DNA of 64,000 bases from Eledone cirrhosa. Its lineage: Eukaryota. The position numbers and the translations under genes were made by a program. The number at the start of each line of letters is the position of its first letter. The stretch's first letter is position 1. The stretch spans positions 6,001-70,000 of the forward strand of contig CAXHJY010001253.1 of the NCBI GenBank assembly GCA_964016885.1, given 5' to 3'. This document shows positions 11,657 through 26,200 of the stretch, piece after piece. Under the pieces are notes generated by a model that was given only the letters and a program-made list of their open reading frames with translations, was not told the origin of the DNA and ran no database searches.

Positions 11657-14600
11657 TCACGCCACACATAGCCAATGAGTGTCTGCACATGTACCAGTAA
11701 TTACAGATCGATCCGACCACGGGCGGCCGGCCCGCGATTGAAAAGGTAACTCCGCCGGCAAATCGTCATTTTTGGATTCGTTTTCTTCGAAGCACACCAT
11801 TCGCCGGCGGACTTTGTTGACGTTTAACACGGTTTGGTTCCACAGCCACAACTATTGATTTTACGGAGATATCTTGCTGAAATTCACGCCACACATAGCC
11901 AATGAGTGTCTGCACATGTACCAGTAATTATAGATCGATCCGACCACGGGCGGCCGGCCCGCGATTGAAAAGGTAACTCCGCCGGCAAATCGTCATTTTT
12001 GGATTCGTTTTCTTCGAAGCACACCATTCGCCGGCGGACTTTGTTGACGTTTAACACGGTTTGGTTCCACAGCCACAACTATTGATTTTACGGAGATATC
12101 ATGCTGAAATTCACGCCACACATAGCCAATGAGTGTCTGCACATGTACCAGTAATTACAGATCGATCCGACCACGGGCGGCCGGCCCGCGATTGAAAAGG
12201 TAACTCCGCCGGCAAATCGCCATTTTTGGATTCGTTTTCTTCGAAGCACACCATTCGCCGGCGGACTTTGTTGACGTTTAACACGGTTTGGTTCCACAGC
12301 CACAACTATTGATTTTACCGAGATATCTTGCTGAAATTCACGCCACACATAGCCAATGAGTGTCTGCACATGTACCAGTAATTACAGATCGATCCGACCA
12401 CGGGCGGCCGGCCCGCGATTGAAAAGGTAACTCCGCCGGCAAATCGTCATTTTTGGATTCGTTTTCTTCGAAGCACACCATTCGCCGGCGGACTTTGCTG
12501 ACGTTTAACACGGTTTGGTTCCACAGCCACAACTATTGATTTTACGGAGATATCTTGCTGAAATTCACGCCACACATAGCCAATGAGTGTCTGCACATGT
12601 ACCAGTAATTACAGATCGATCCGACCACGGGCGGCCGGCCCGCGATTGAAAAGGTAACTCCGCCGGCAAATCGTCATTTTTGGATTCGTTTTCTTCGAAG
12701 CACACCATTCGCCGGCGGACTTTGTTGACGTTTAACACGGTTTGGTTCCACAGCCACAACTATTGATTTTACGGAGATATCTTGCTGAAATTCACGCCAC
12801 ACATAGCCAATGAGTGTCTGCACATGTACCAGTAATTACAGATCGATCCGACCACGGGCGGCCGGCCCGCGATTGAAAAGGTAACTCCGCCGGCAAATCG
12901 TCATTTTTGGATTCGTTTTCTTCGAAGCACACCATTCGCCGGCGGACTTTGTTGACGTTTAACACGGTTTGGTTCCACAGCCACAACTATTGATTTTACG
13001 GAGATATCTTGCTGAAATTCACGCCACCCATAGCCAATGAGTGTCTGCACATGTACCAGTAATTACAGATCGATCCGACCACGGGCGGCCGGCCCGCGAT
13101 TGAAAAGGTAACTCCGCCGGCAAATCGTCATTTTTGGATTCGTTTTCTTCGAAGCACACCATTCGCCGGCGGACTTTGCTGACGTTTAACACGGTTTGGT
13201 TCCACAGCCACAACTATTGATTTTACGGAGATATCTTGCTGAAATTCACGCCACACATAGCCAATGAGTGTCTGCACATGTACCAGTAATTACAGATCGA
13301 TCCGACCACAGGCGGCCGGCCCGCGATTGAAAAGGTAACTCCGCCGGCAAATCGTCATTTTTGGATTCGTTTTCTTCGAAGCACACCATTCGCCGGCGGA
13401 CTTTGTTGACGTTTAACACGGTTTGGTTCCACAGCCACAACTATTGATTTTACGGAGATATCTTGCTGAAATTCACGCCACCCATAGCCAATGAGTGTCT
13501 GCACATGTACCAGTAATTACAGATCGATACGACCACGGGCGGCCGGCCCGCGATTGAAAAGGTAACTCCGCCGGCAAATCGTCATTTTTGGATTCGTTTT
13601 CTTCGAAGCACACCATTCGCCGGCGGACTTTGCTGACGTTTAACACGGTTTGGTTCCACAGCCACAACTATTGATTTTACGGAGATATCTTGCTGAAATT
13701 CACGCCACCCATAGCCAATGAGTGTCTGCACATGTACCAGTAATTACAGATCGATCCGACCACGGGCGGCCGGCCCGCGATTGAAAAGGTAACTCCGCCG
13801 GCAAATCGTCATTTTTGGATTCGTTTTCTTCGAAGCACACCATTCGCCGGCGGACTTTGTTGACGTTTAACACGGTTTGGTTCCACAGCCACAACTATTG
13901 ATTTTACGGAGATATCTTGCTGAAATTCACGCCACACATAGCCAATGAGTGTCTGCACATGTACCAGTAATTACAGATCGATCCGACCACGGGCGGCCGG
14001 CCCGCGATTGAAAAGGTAACTCCGCCGGCAAATCGTCATTTTTGGATTCGTTTTCTTCGAAGCACACCATTCGCCGGCGGACTTTGTTGACGTTTAACAC
14101 GGTTTGGTTCCACAGCCACAACTATTGATTTTACGGAGATATCTTGCTGAAATTCACGCCACACATAGCCAATGAGTGTCTGCACATGTACCAGTAATTA
14201 TAGATCGATCCGACCACGGGCGGCCGGCCCGCGATTGAAAAGGTAACTCCGCCGGCAAATCGTCATTTTTGGATTCGTTTTCTTCGAAGCACACCATTCG
14301 CCGGCGGACTTTGCTGACGTTTAACACGGTTTGGTTCCACAGCCACAACTATTGATTTTACGGAGATATCTTGCTGAAATTCACGCCACACATAGCCAAT
14401 GAGTGTCTGCACATGTACCAGTAATTACAGATCGATCCGACCACAGGCGGCCGGCCCGCGATTGAAAAGGTAACTCCGCCGGCAAATCGTCATTTTTGGA
14501 TTCGTTTTCTTCGAAGCACACCATTCGCCGGCGGACTTTGTTGACGTTTAACACGGTTTGGTTCCACAGCCACAACTATTGATTTTACGGAGATATCTTG

Positions 14601-16650
14601 CTGAAATTCACGCCACCCATAGCCAATGAGTGTCTGCACATGTACCAGTAATTACAGATCGATCCGACCACGGGCGGCCGGCCCGCGATTGAAAAGGTAA
14701 CTCCGCCGGCAAATCGTCATTTTTGGATTCGTTTTCTTCGAAGCACACCATTCGCCGGCGGACTTTGTTGACGTTTAACACGGTTTGGTTCCACAGCCAC
14801 AACTATTGATTTTACGGAGATATCTTGCTGAAATTCACGCCACACATAGCCAATGAGTGTCTGCACATGTACCAGTAATTACAGATCGATCCGACCACGG
14901 GCGGCCGGCCCGCGATTGAAAAGGTAACTCCGCCGGCAAATCGTCATTTTTGGATTCGTTTTCTTCGAAGCACACCATTCGCCGGCGGACTTTGTTGACG
15001 TTTAACACGGTTTGGTTCCACAGCCACAACTATTGATTTTACGGAGATATCTTGCTGAAATTCACGCCACACATAGCCAATGAGTGTCTGCACATGTACC
15101 AGTAATTATAGATCGATCCGACCACGGGCGGCCGGCCCGCGATTGAAAAGGTAACTCCGCCGGCAAATCGTCATTTTTGGATTCGTTTTCTTCGAAGCAC
15201 ACCATTCGCCGGCGGACTTTGTTGACGTTTAACACGGTTTGGTTCCACAGCCACAACTATTGATTTTACGGAGATATCTTGCTGAAATTCACGCCACACA
15301 TAGCCAATGAGTGTCTGCACATGTACCAGTAATTACAGATCGATCCGACCACGGGCTGCCGGCCCGCGATTGAAAAGGTAACTCCGCCGGCAAATCGCCA
15401 TTTTTGGATTCGTTTTCTTCGAAGCACACCATTCGCCGGCGGACTTTGTTGACGTTTAACACGGTTTGGTTCCACAGCCACAACTATTGATTTTACCGAG
15501 ATATCTTGCTGAAATTCACGCCACACATAGCCAATGAGTGTCTGCACATGTACCAGTAATTACAGATCGATCCGACCACGGGCGGCCGGCCCGCGATTGA
15601 AAAGGTAACTCCGCCGGCAAATCGTCATTTTTGGATTCGTTTTCTTCGAAGCACACCATTCGCCGGCGGACTTTGCTGACGTTTAACACGGTTTGGTTCC
15701 ACAGCCACAACTATTGATTTTACGGAGATATCTTGCTGAAATTCACGCCACACATAGCCAATGAGTGTCTGCACATGTACCAGTAATTACAGATCGATCC
15801 GACCACGGGCGGCCGGCCCGCGATTGAAAAGGTAACTCCGCCGGCAAATCGTCATTTTTGGATTCGTTTTCTTCGAAGCACACCATTCGCCGGCGGACTT
15901 TGTTGACGTTTAACACGGTTTGGTTCCACAGCCACAACTATTGATTTTACGGAGATATCTTGCTGAAATTCACGCCACACATAGCCAATGAGTGTCTGCA
16001 CATGTACCAGTAATTACACATCGATCCGACCACGGGCGGCCGGGCCGTGATTGAAAAGGTAACTCCGCCGGCAAATCGTCATTTTTGGATTCGTTTTCTT
16101 CGAAGCACACCATTCGCCGGCGGACTTTGCTGACGTTTAACACGGTTTGGTTCCACAGCCACAACTATTGATTTTACGGAGATATCTTGCTGAAATTCAC
16201 GCCACACATAGCCAATGAGTGTCTGCACATGTACCAGTAATTACAGATCGATCCGACCACGGGCGGCCGGCCCGCGATTGAAAAGGTAACTCCGCCGGCA
16301 AATCGTCATTTTTGGATTCGTTTTCTTCGAAGCACACCATTCGCCGGCGGACTTTGTTGACGTTTAACACGGTTTGGTTCCACAGCCACAACTATTGATT
16401 TTACGGAGATATCTTGCTGAAATTCACGCCACACATAGCCAATGAGTGTCTGCACATGTACCAGTAATTATAGATCGATCCGACCACGGGCGGCCGGCCC
16501 GCGATTGAAAAGGTAACTCCGCCGGCAAATCGTCATTTTTGGATTCGTTTTCTTCGAAGCACACCATTCGCCGGCGGACTTTGTTGACGTTTAACACGGT
16601 TTGGTTCCACAGCCACAACTATTGATTTTACGGAGATATCATGCTGAAAT

Positions 16651-19600
16651 TCACGCCACACATAGCCAATGAGTGTCTGCACATGTACCAGTAATTACAG
16701 ATCGATCCGACCACGGGCGGCCGGCCCGCGATTGAAAAGGTAACTCCGCCGGCAAATCGCCATTTTTGGATTCGTTTTCTTCGAAGCACACCATTCGCCG
16801 GCGGACTTTGTTGACGTTTAACACGGTTTGGTTCCACAGCCACAACTATTGATTTTACCGAGATATCTTGCTGAAATTCACGCCACACATAGCCAATGAG
16901 TGTCTGCACATGTACCAGTAATTACAGATCGATCCGACCACGGGCGGCCGGCCCGCGATTGAAAAGGTAACTCCGCCGGCAAATCGCCATTTTTGGATTC
17001 GTTTTCTTCGAAGCACACCATTCGCCGGCGGACTTTGTTGACGTTTAACACGGTTTGGTTCCACAGCCACAACTATTGATTTTACGGAGATATCTTGCTG
17101 AAATTCACGCCACCCATAGCCAATGAGTGTCTGCACATGTACCAGTAATTACAGATCGACCCGACCACGGGCGGCCGGCCCGCGATTGAAAAGGTAACTC
17201 CGCCGGCAAATCGTCATTTTTGGATTCGTTTTCTTCGAAGCACACCATTCGCCGGCGGACTTTGCTGACGTTTAACACGGTTTGGTTCCACAGCCACAAC
17301 TATTGATTTTACGGAGATATCTTGCTGAAATTCACGCCACACATAGCCAATGAGTGTCTGCACATGTACCAGTAATTACAGATCGATCCGACCACGGGCG
17401 GCCGGCCCGCGATTGAAAAGGTAACTCCGCCGGCAAATCGTCATTTTTGGATTCGTTTTCTTCGAAGCACACCATTCGCCGGCGGACTTTGTTGACGTTT
17501 AACACGGTTTGGTTCCACAGCCACAACTATTGATTTTACGGAGATATCTTGCTGAAATTCACGCCACCCATAGCCAATGAGTGTCTGCACATGTACCAGT
17601 AATTACAGATCGATCCGACCACGGGCGGCCGGCCCGCGATTGAAAAGGTAACTCCGCCGGCAAATCGTCATTTTTGGATTCGTTTTCTTCGAAGCACACC
17701 ATTCGCCGGCGGACTTTGCTGACGTTTAACACGGTTTGGTTCCACAGCCACAACTATTGATTTTACGGAGATATCTTGCTGAAATTCACGCCACCCATAG
17801 CCAATGAGTGTCTGCACATGTACCAGTAATTACAGATCGATCCGACCACGGGCGGCCGGGCCGTGATTGAAAAGGTAACTCCGCCGGCAAATCGTCATTT
17901 TTGGATTCGTTTTCTTCGAAGCACACCATTCGCCGGCGGACTTTGTTGACGTTTAACACGGTTTGGTTCCACAGCCACAACTATTGATTTTACGGAGATA
18001 TCTTGCTGAAATTCACGCCACCCATAGCCAATGAGTGTCTGCACATGTACCAGTAATTACAGATCGACCCGACCACGGGCGGCCGGCCCGCGATTGAAAA
18101 GGTAACTCCGCCGGCAAATCGTCATTTTTGGATTCGTTTTCTTCGAAGCACACCATTCGCCGGCGGACTTTGCTGACGTTTAACACGGTTTGGTTCCACA
18201 GCCACAACTATTGATTTTACGGAGATATCTTGCTGAAATTCACGCCACACATAGCCAATGAGTGTCTGCACATGTACCAGTAATTACAGATCGATCCGAC
18301 CACGGGCGGCCGGCCCGCGATTGAAAAGGTAACTCCGCCGGCAAATCGTCATTTTTGGATTCGTTTTCTTCGAAGCACACCATTCGCCGGCGGACTTTGT
18401 TGACGTTTAACACGGTTTGGTTCCACAGCCACAACTATTGATTTTACGGAGATATCTTGCTGAAATTCACGCCACACATAGCCAATGAGTGTCTGCACAT
18501 GTACCAGTAATTACAGATCGATCCGACCACGGGCGGCCGGCCCGCGATTGAAAAGGTAACTCCGCCGGCAAATCGTCATTTTTGGATTCGTTTTCTTCGA
18601 AGCACACCATTCGCCGGCGGACTTTGTTGACGTTTAACACGGTTTGGTTCCACAGCCACAACTATTGATTTTACGGAGATATCTTGCTGAAATTCACGCC
18701 ACACATAGCCAATGAGTGTCTGCACATGTACCAGTAATTATAGATCGATCCGACCACGGGCGGCCGGCCCGCGATTGAAAAGGTAACTCCGCCGGCAAAT
18801 CGTCATTTTTGGATTCGTTTTCTTCGAAGCACACCATTCGCCGGCGGACTTTGTTGACGTTTAACACGGTTTGGTTCCACAGCCACAACTATTGATTTTA
18901 CGGAGATATCTTGCTGAAATTCACGCCACACATAGCCAATGAGTGTCTGCACATGTACCAGTAATTACAGATCGATCCGACCACGGGCTGCCGGCCCGCG
19001 ATTGAAAAGGTAACTCCGCCGGCAAATCGCCATTTTTGGATTCGTTTTCTTCGAAGCACACCATTCGCCGGCGGACTTTGTTGACGTTTAACACGGTTTG
19101 GTTCCACAGCCACAACTATTGATTTTACGGAGATATCATGCTGAAATTCACGCCACACATAGCCAATGAGTGTCTGCACATGTACCAGTAATTACAGATC
19201 GATCCGACCACGGGCGGCCGGCCCGCGATTGAAAAGGTAACTCCGCCGGCAAATCGCCATTTTTGGATTCGTTTTCTTCGAAGCACACCATTCGCCGGCG
19301 GACTTTGTTGACGTTTAACACGGTTTGGTTCCACAGCCACAACTATTGATTTTACCGAGATATCTTGCTGAAATTCACGCCACACATAGCCAATGAGTGT
19401 CTGCACATGTACCAGTAATTACAGATCGATCCGACCACGGGCGGCCGGCCCGCGATTGAAAAGGTAACTCCGCCGGCAAATCGCCATTTTTGGATTCGTT
19501 TTCTTCGAAGCACACCATTCGCCGGCGGACTTTGTTGACGTTTAACACGGTTTGGTTCCACAGCCACAACTATTGATTTTACGGAGATATCTTGCTGAAA

Positions 19601-21644
19601 TTCACGCCACCCATAGCCAATGAGTGTCTGCACATGTACCAGTAATTACAGATCGACCCGACCACGGGCGGCCGGCCCGCGATTGAAAAGGTAACTCCGC
19701 CGGCAAATCGTCATTTTTGGATTCGTTTTCTTCGAAGCACACCATTCGCCGGCGGACTTTGCTGACGTTTAACACGGTTTGGTTCCACAGCCACAACTAT
19801 TGATTTTACGGAGATATCTTGCTGAAATTCACGCCACACATAGCCAATGAGTGTCTGCACATGTACCAGTAATTACAGATCGATCCGACCACGGGCGGCC
19901 GGCCCGCGATTGAAAAGGTAACTCCGCCGGCAAATCGTCATTTTTGGATTCGTTTTCTTCGAAGCACACCATTCGCCGGCGGACTTTGTTGACGTTTAAC
20001 ACGGTTTGGTTCCACAGCCACAACTATTGATTTTACGGAGATATCTTGCTGAAATTCACGCCACCCATAGCCAATGAGTGTCTGCACATGTACCAGTAAT
20101 TACAGATCGATCCGACCACGGGCGGCCGGCCCGCGATTGAAAAGGTAACTCCGCCGGCAAATCGTCATTTTTGGATTCGTTTTCTTCGAAGCACACCATT
20201 CGCCGGCGGACTTTGCTGACGTTTAACACGGTTTGGTTCCACAGCCACAACTATTGATTTTACGGAGATATCTTGCTGAAATTCACGCCACCCATAGCCA
20301 ATGAGTGTCTGCACATGTACCAGTAATTACAGATCGATCCGACCACGGGCGGCCGGGCCGTGATTGAAAAGGTAACTCCGCCGGCAAATCGTCATTTTTG
20401 GATTCGTTTTCTTCGAAGCACACCATTCGCCGGCGGACTTTGTTGACGTTTAACACGGTTTGGTTCCACAGCCACAACTATTGATTTTACGGAGATATCT
20501 TGCTGAAATTCACGCCACCCATAGCCAATGAGTGTCTGCACATGTACCAGTAATTACAGATCGACCCGACCACGGGCGGCCGGCCCGCGATTGAAAAGGT
20601 AACTCCGCCGGCAAATCGTCATTTTTGGATTCGTTTTCTTCGAAGCACACCATTCGCCGGCGGACTTTGCTGACGTTTAACACGGTTTGGTTCCACAGCC
20701 ACAACTATTGATTTTACGGAGATATCTTGCTGAAATTCACGCCACACATAGCCAATGAGTGTCTGCACATGTACCAGTAATTACAGATCGATCCGACCAC
20801 GGGCGGCCGGCCCGCGATTGAAAAGGTAACTCCGCCGGCAAATCGTCATTTTTGGATTCGTTTTCTTCGAAGCACACCATTCGCCGGCGGACTTTGTTGA
20901 CGTTTAACACGGTTTGGTTCCACAGCCACAACTATTGATTTTACGGAGATATCTTGCTGAAATTCACGCCACACATAGCCAATGAGTGTCTGCACATGTA
21001 CCAGTAATTACAGATCGATCCGACCACGGGCGGCCGGCCCGCGATTGAAAAGGTAACTCCGCCGGCAAATCGTCATTTTTGGATTCGTTTTCTTCGAAGC
21101 ACACCATTCGCCGGCGGACTTTGTTGACGTTTAACACGGTTTGGTTCCACAGCCACAACTATTGATTTTACGGAGATATCTTGCTGAAATTCACGCCACA
21201 CATAGCCAATGAGTGTCTGCACATGTACCAGTAATTATAGATCGATCCGACCACGGGCGGCCGGCCCGCGATTGAAAAGGTAACTCCGCCGGCAAATCGT
21301 CATTTTTGGATTCGTTTTCTTCGAAGCACACCATTCGCCGGCGGACTTTGTTGACGTTTAACACGGTTTGGTTCCACAGCCACAACTATTGATTTTACGG
21401 AGATATCTTGCTGAAATTCACGCCACACATAGCCAATGAGTGTCTGCACATGTACCAGTAATTACAGATCGATCCGACCACGGGCTGCCGGCCCGCGATT
21501 GAAAAGGTAACTCCGCCGGCAAATCGCCATTTTTGGATTCGTTTTCTTCGAAGCACACCATTCGCCGGCGGACTTTGTTGACGTTTAACACGGTTTGGTT
21601 CCACAGCCACAACTATTGATTTTACCGAGATATCTTGCTGAAAT
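16651..21644. repeat. Two tandem copies of an 11-mer (2497 bp) of A monomers
   Basis: Variant monomers match at +2497: 16651->19148, 16878->19375, 17105->19602, 17786->20283, 18694->21191, 18921->21418. Confidence 0.88.
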
Positions 21645-23281
21645 TCACGCCACACATAGCCAATGAGTGTCTGCACATGTACCAGTAATTACAGATCGAT
21701 CCGACCACGGGCGGCCGGCCCGCGATTGAAAAGGTAACTCCGCCGGCAAATCGTCATTTTTGGATTCGTTTTCTTCGAAGCACACCATTCGCCGGCGGAC
21801 TTTGCTGACGTTTAACACGGTTTGGTTCCACAGCCACAACTATTGATTTTACGGAGATATCTTGCTGAAATTCACGCCACACATAGCCAATGAGTGTCTG
21901 CACATGTACCAGTAATTACAGATCGATCCGACCACGGGCGGCCGGCCCGCGATTGAAAAGGTAACTCCGCCGGCAAATCGTCATTTTTGGATTCGTTTTC
22001 TTCGAAGCACACCATTCGCCGGCGGACTTTGTTGACGTTTAACACGGTTTGGTTCCACAGCCACAACTATTGATTTTACGGAGATATCTTGCTGAAATTC
22101 ACGCCACACATAGCCAATGAGTGTCTGCACATGTACCAGTAATTACACATCGATCCGACCACGGGCGGCCGGGCCGTGATTGAAAAGGTAACTCCGCCGG
22201 CAAATCGTCATTTTTGGATTCGTTTTCTTCGAAGCACACCATTCGCCGGCGGACTTTGCTGACGTTTAACACGGTTTGGTTCCACAGCCACAACTATTGA
22301 TTTTACGGAGATATCTTGCTGAAATTCACGCCACACATAGCCAATGAGTGTCTGCACATGTACCAGTAATTACACATCGATCCGACCACGGGCGGCTGGC
22401 CCGCGATTGAAAAGGTAACTCCGCCGGCAAATCGTCATTTTTGGATTCGTTTTCTTCGAAGCACACCATTCGCCGCCGGACTTCAGCTGCCTCATTTAGC
22501 ATGGGCAGTTTTTTTTGAAAATCACACCACACACAACCAATGTGTGTCTGCACATGTACCAGTAATTACAGATCGATCCCACCACGGGCGGCCGGCCCAC
22601 AATCGAAAAGGTTACTCCGCCTGCAAATCGTCATTTTCGGATTCGTTTTCTTCGAAGCACACCATTCGCCGGCGGACTTCAGCTGCCTCATTTAGCATGG
22701 GCAGTTTTTCTTGAAGATCACACCACACACAGCCAATGAGTGTCTGCACATGTACCAGTAATTAGAGATCGATCCGACCACGGGCGGCCGGCCCACGATC
22801 GAGAAAAAGGTAACTCCGCCGGCAAATCGTCATTTTTGTGATCCGTTTTCTTCGAAGCACACCATTCGCCGCCGGACTTCAGCTGCCTCATTTAGCATGG
22901 GCAGTTTTTTTTGAAAATCACACCACACACAACCAATGTGTGTCTGCACATGTACCAGTAATTACAGATCGATCCGACCACGGGCGGCCGGCCCGCGATT
23001 GAAAAGGTAACTCCGCCGGCAAATCGTCATTTTTGTGATTCGTTTTCTTCGAAGCACACCATTCGCCGCCGGACTTCAGCTGCCTCATTTAGCATGGGAG
23101 TTTTTTTTGAAAATCACACCACACACAACCAATGTGTGTCTGCACATGTACCAGTAATTACAGATCGATCCCACCACGAGTTCAATGTAAACAAACTTAC
23201 GCTCAACGACTTTGTTGACGTTTAACACGGTTTGGTTCCACAGCCACAACTATTGATTTTACGGAGATATCTTGCTGAAAT

Positions 23282-26200
23282 TCACGCCACACATAGCCAA
23301 TGAGTGTCTGCACATGTACCAGTAATTACAGATCGATCCGACCAGGGGCGGCCGGCCCGCGATTGAAAAGGTAACTCCGCCGGCAAATCGTCATTTTTGG
23401 ATTCGTTTTCTTCGAAGCACACCATTCGCCGGCGGACTTTGTTGACGTTTAACACGGTTTGGTTCCACAGCCACAACTATTGATTTTAAGGAGATATCTT
23501 GCTGAAATTCACGCCACACATAGCCAATGAGTGTCTGCACATGTACCAGTAATTACAGATCGATCCGACCAGGGGCGGCCGGCCCGCGATTGAAAAGGTA
23601 ACTCCGCCGGCAAATCGTCATTTTTGTGATTCGTTTTCTTCGAAGCACACCATTCGCCGGCGGACTTTGTTGACGTTTAACACGGTTTGGTTCCACAGCC
23701 ACAACTATTGATTTTAAGGAGATATCTTGCTGAAATTCACGCCACACATAGCCAATGAGTGTCTGCATATGTACCAGTAATTACAGATCGATCCGACCAC
23801 GGACGGCCGGCCCGCGATTGAAAAGGTAACTCCGCCGGCAAATCGTCATTTTCGGATTCGTTTTCTTCGAAGCACACCATTCGCCGGCGGACTTCAGCTG
23901 CCTCATTTAGCATGGGCAGTTTTTCTTGAAGATCACACCACACACAGCCAATGAGTGTCTGCACATGTACCAGTAATTACAGATGGATCCCACCACGGGC
24001 GGCCGGCCCACAATCGAAAAGGTTACTCCGCCTGCAAATCGTCATTTTCGGATTCGTTTTCTTCGAAGCACACCATTCGCCGGCGGACTTCAGCTGCCTC
24101 ATTTAGCATGGGCAGTTTTTCTTGAAGATCACACCACACACAGCCAATGAGTGTCTGCACATGTACCAGTAATTAGAGATCGATCCGACCACGGGCGGCC
24201 GGCCCACGATCGAGAAAAAGGTAACTCCGCCGGCAAATCGTCATTTTTGTGATCCGTTTTCTTCGAAGCACACCATTCGCCGCCGGACTTCAGCTGCCTC
24301 ATTTAGCATGGGCAGTTTTTTTTGAAAATCACACCACACACAACCAATGTGTGTCTGCACATGTACCAGTAATTACAGATCGATCCGACCACGGGCGGCC
24401 GGCCCGCGATTGAAAAGGTAACTCCGCCGGCAAATCGTCATTTTTGTGATTCGTTTTCTTCGAAGCACACCATTCGCCGCCGGACTTCAGCTGCCTCATT
24501 TAACATGGGCAGTTTTTTTTTAAAATCACACCACATACAACCAATGTGTGTCTGCACATGTACCAGTAATTACAGATCGATCCCACCACGGGCGGCCGGC
24601 CCACAATCGAAAAGGTTACTCCGCCTGCAAATCGTCATTTTCGGATTCGTTTTCTTCGAAGCACACCATTCGCCGCCGGACTTCAGCTGCCTCATTTAGC
24701 ATGGGCAGTTTTTCTTGAAGATCACACCACACACAGCCAATGAGTGTCTGCACATGTACCAGTAATTAGAGATCGATCCGACCACGGGCGGCCGGCCCAC
24801 GATCGAGAAAAAGGTAACTCCGCCGGCAAATCGTCATTTTTGTGATCCGTTTTCTTCGAAGCACACCATTCGCCGCCGGACTTCAGCTGCCTCATTTAGC
24901 ATGGGCAGTTTTTTTTGAAAATCACACCACACACAACCAATGTGTTTCTGCACATGTACCAGTAATTACAGATCGATCCCACCACGAGTTCAATGTAAAC
25001 TAACTTACGCTCAACGACTTTGTTGACGTTTAACACGGTTTGGTTCCACAGCCACAACTATTGATTTTAAGGAGATATCTTGCTGAAATTCACGCCACAC
25101 ATAGCCAATGAGTGTCTGCACATGTACCAGTAATTACAGATCGATCCGACCACGGGCGGCCAGCCCGCGATTGAAAAGGTAACTCCGCCGGCAAATCGTC
25201 ATTTTTGGATTCGTTTTCTTCGAAGCACACCATTCGCCGGCGGACTTTGTTGACGTTTAACACGGTTTGGTTCCACAGCCACAACTATTGATTTTAAGGA
25301 GATATCTTGCTGAAATTCACGCCACACATAGCCAATGAGTGTCTGCACATGTACCAGTAATTACAGATCGATCCGACCAGGGGCGGCCGGCCCGCGATTG
25401 AAAAGGTAACTCCGCCGGCAAATCGTCATTTTTGGATTCGTTTTCTTGGAAGCACACCATTCGCCGGCGGACTTTGTTGACGTTTAACACGGTTTGGTTC
25501 CACAGCCACAACTATTGATTTTAAGGAGATATCTTGCTGAAATTCACGCCACACATAGCCAATGAGTGTCTGCACATGTACCAGTAATTACAGATCGATC
25601 CGACCACGGGCGGCCGGCCCGCGATTGAAAAAGTAACTCCGCCGGCAAATCGTCATTTTTGTGATCCGTTTTCTTCGAAGCACACCATTCGCCGCCGGAC
25701 TTCAGCTGCCTCATTTAGCATGGGCTGTTTTTTTTGAAAATCACACCACACACAACCAATGTGTGTCTGCACATGTACCAGTAATTACAGATCGATCCCC
25801 CCACGGGCGGCCGGCCCACAATCGAAAAGGTTACTCCGCCTGCAAATCGTCATTTTCGGATTCGTTTTCTTCGAAGCACACCATTCGCCGGCGGACTTCA
25901 GCTGCCTCATTTAGCATGGGCAGTTTTTCTTGAAGATCACACCACACACAGCCAATGAGTGTCTGCACATGTACCAGTAATTAGAGATCGATCCGACCAC
26001 GGGCGGCCGGCCCACGATCGAGAAAAAGGTAACTCCGCCGGCAAATCGTCATTTTTGTGATCCGTTTTCTTCGAAGCACACCATTCGCCGCCGGACTTCA
26101 GCTGCCTCATTTAGCATGGGCAGTTTTTTTTGAAAATCACACCACACACAACCAATGTGTTTCTGCACATGTACCAGTAATTACAGATCGATCCCACCAC

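Larger units (their letters stand above)
1..22325. repeat. Homogeneous A-block 1: 98 complete 227-bp monomers (80-22325) plus a partial one
   Basis: Monomer starts (TCACGCCAC) at 80, 307, 534 ... 22099, 22326; (22326-80)/227 = 98 exactly. Only substitutions at about a dozen recurrent sites. Confidence 0.98.

Noticed and set aside
22484-22521. Intrinsic or Pol III terminator-like hairpin plus T-run in tail B (CTGCC...GGCAG followed by T8)
   Set aside because: A 5-bp stem with a long loop and a T tract is present, but the T run is interrupted in about half the copies and there is no supported transcription unit upstream.
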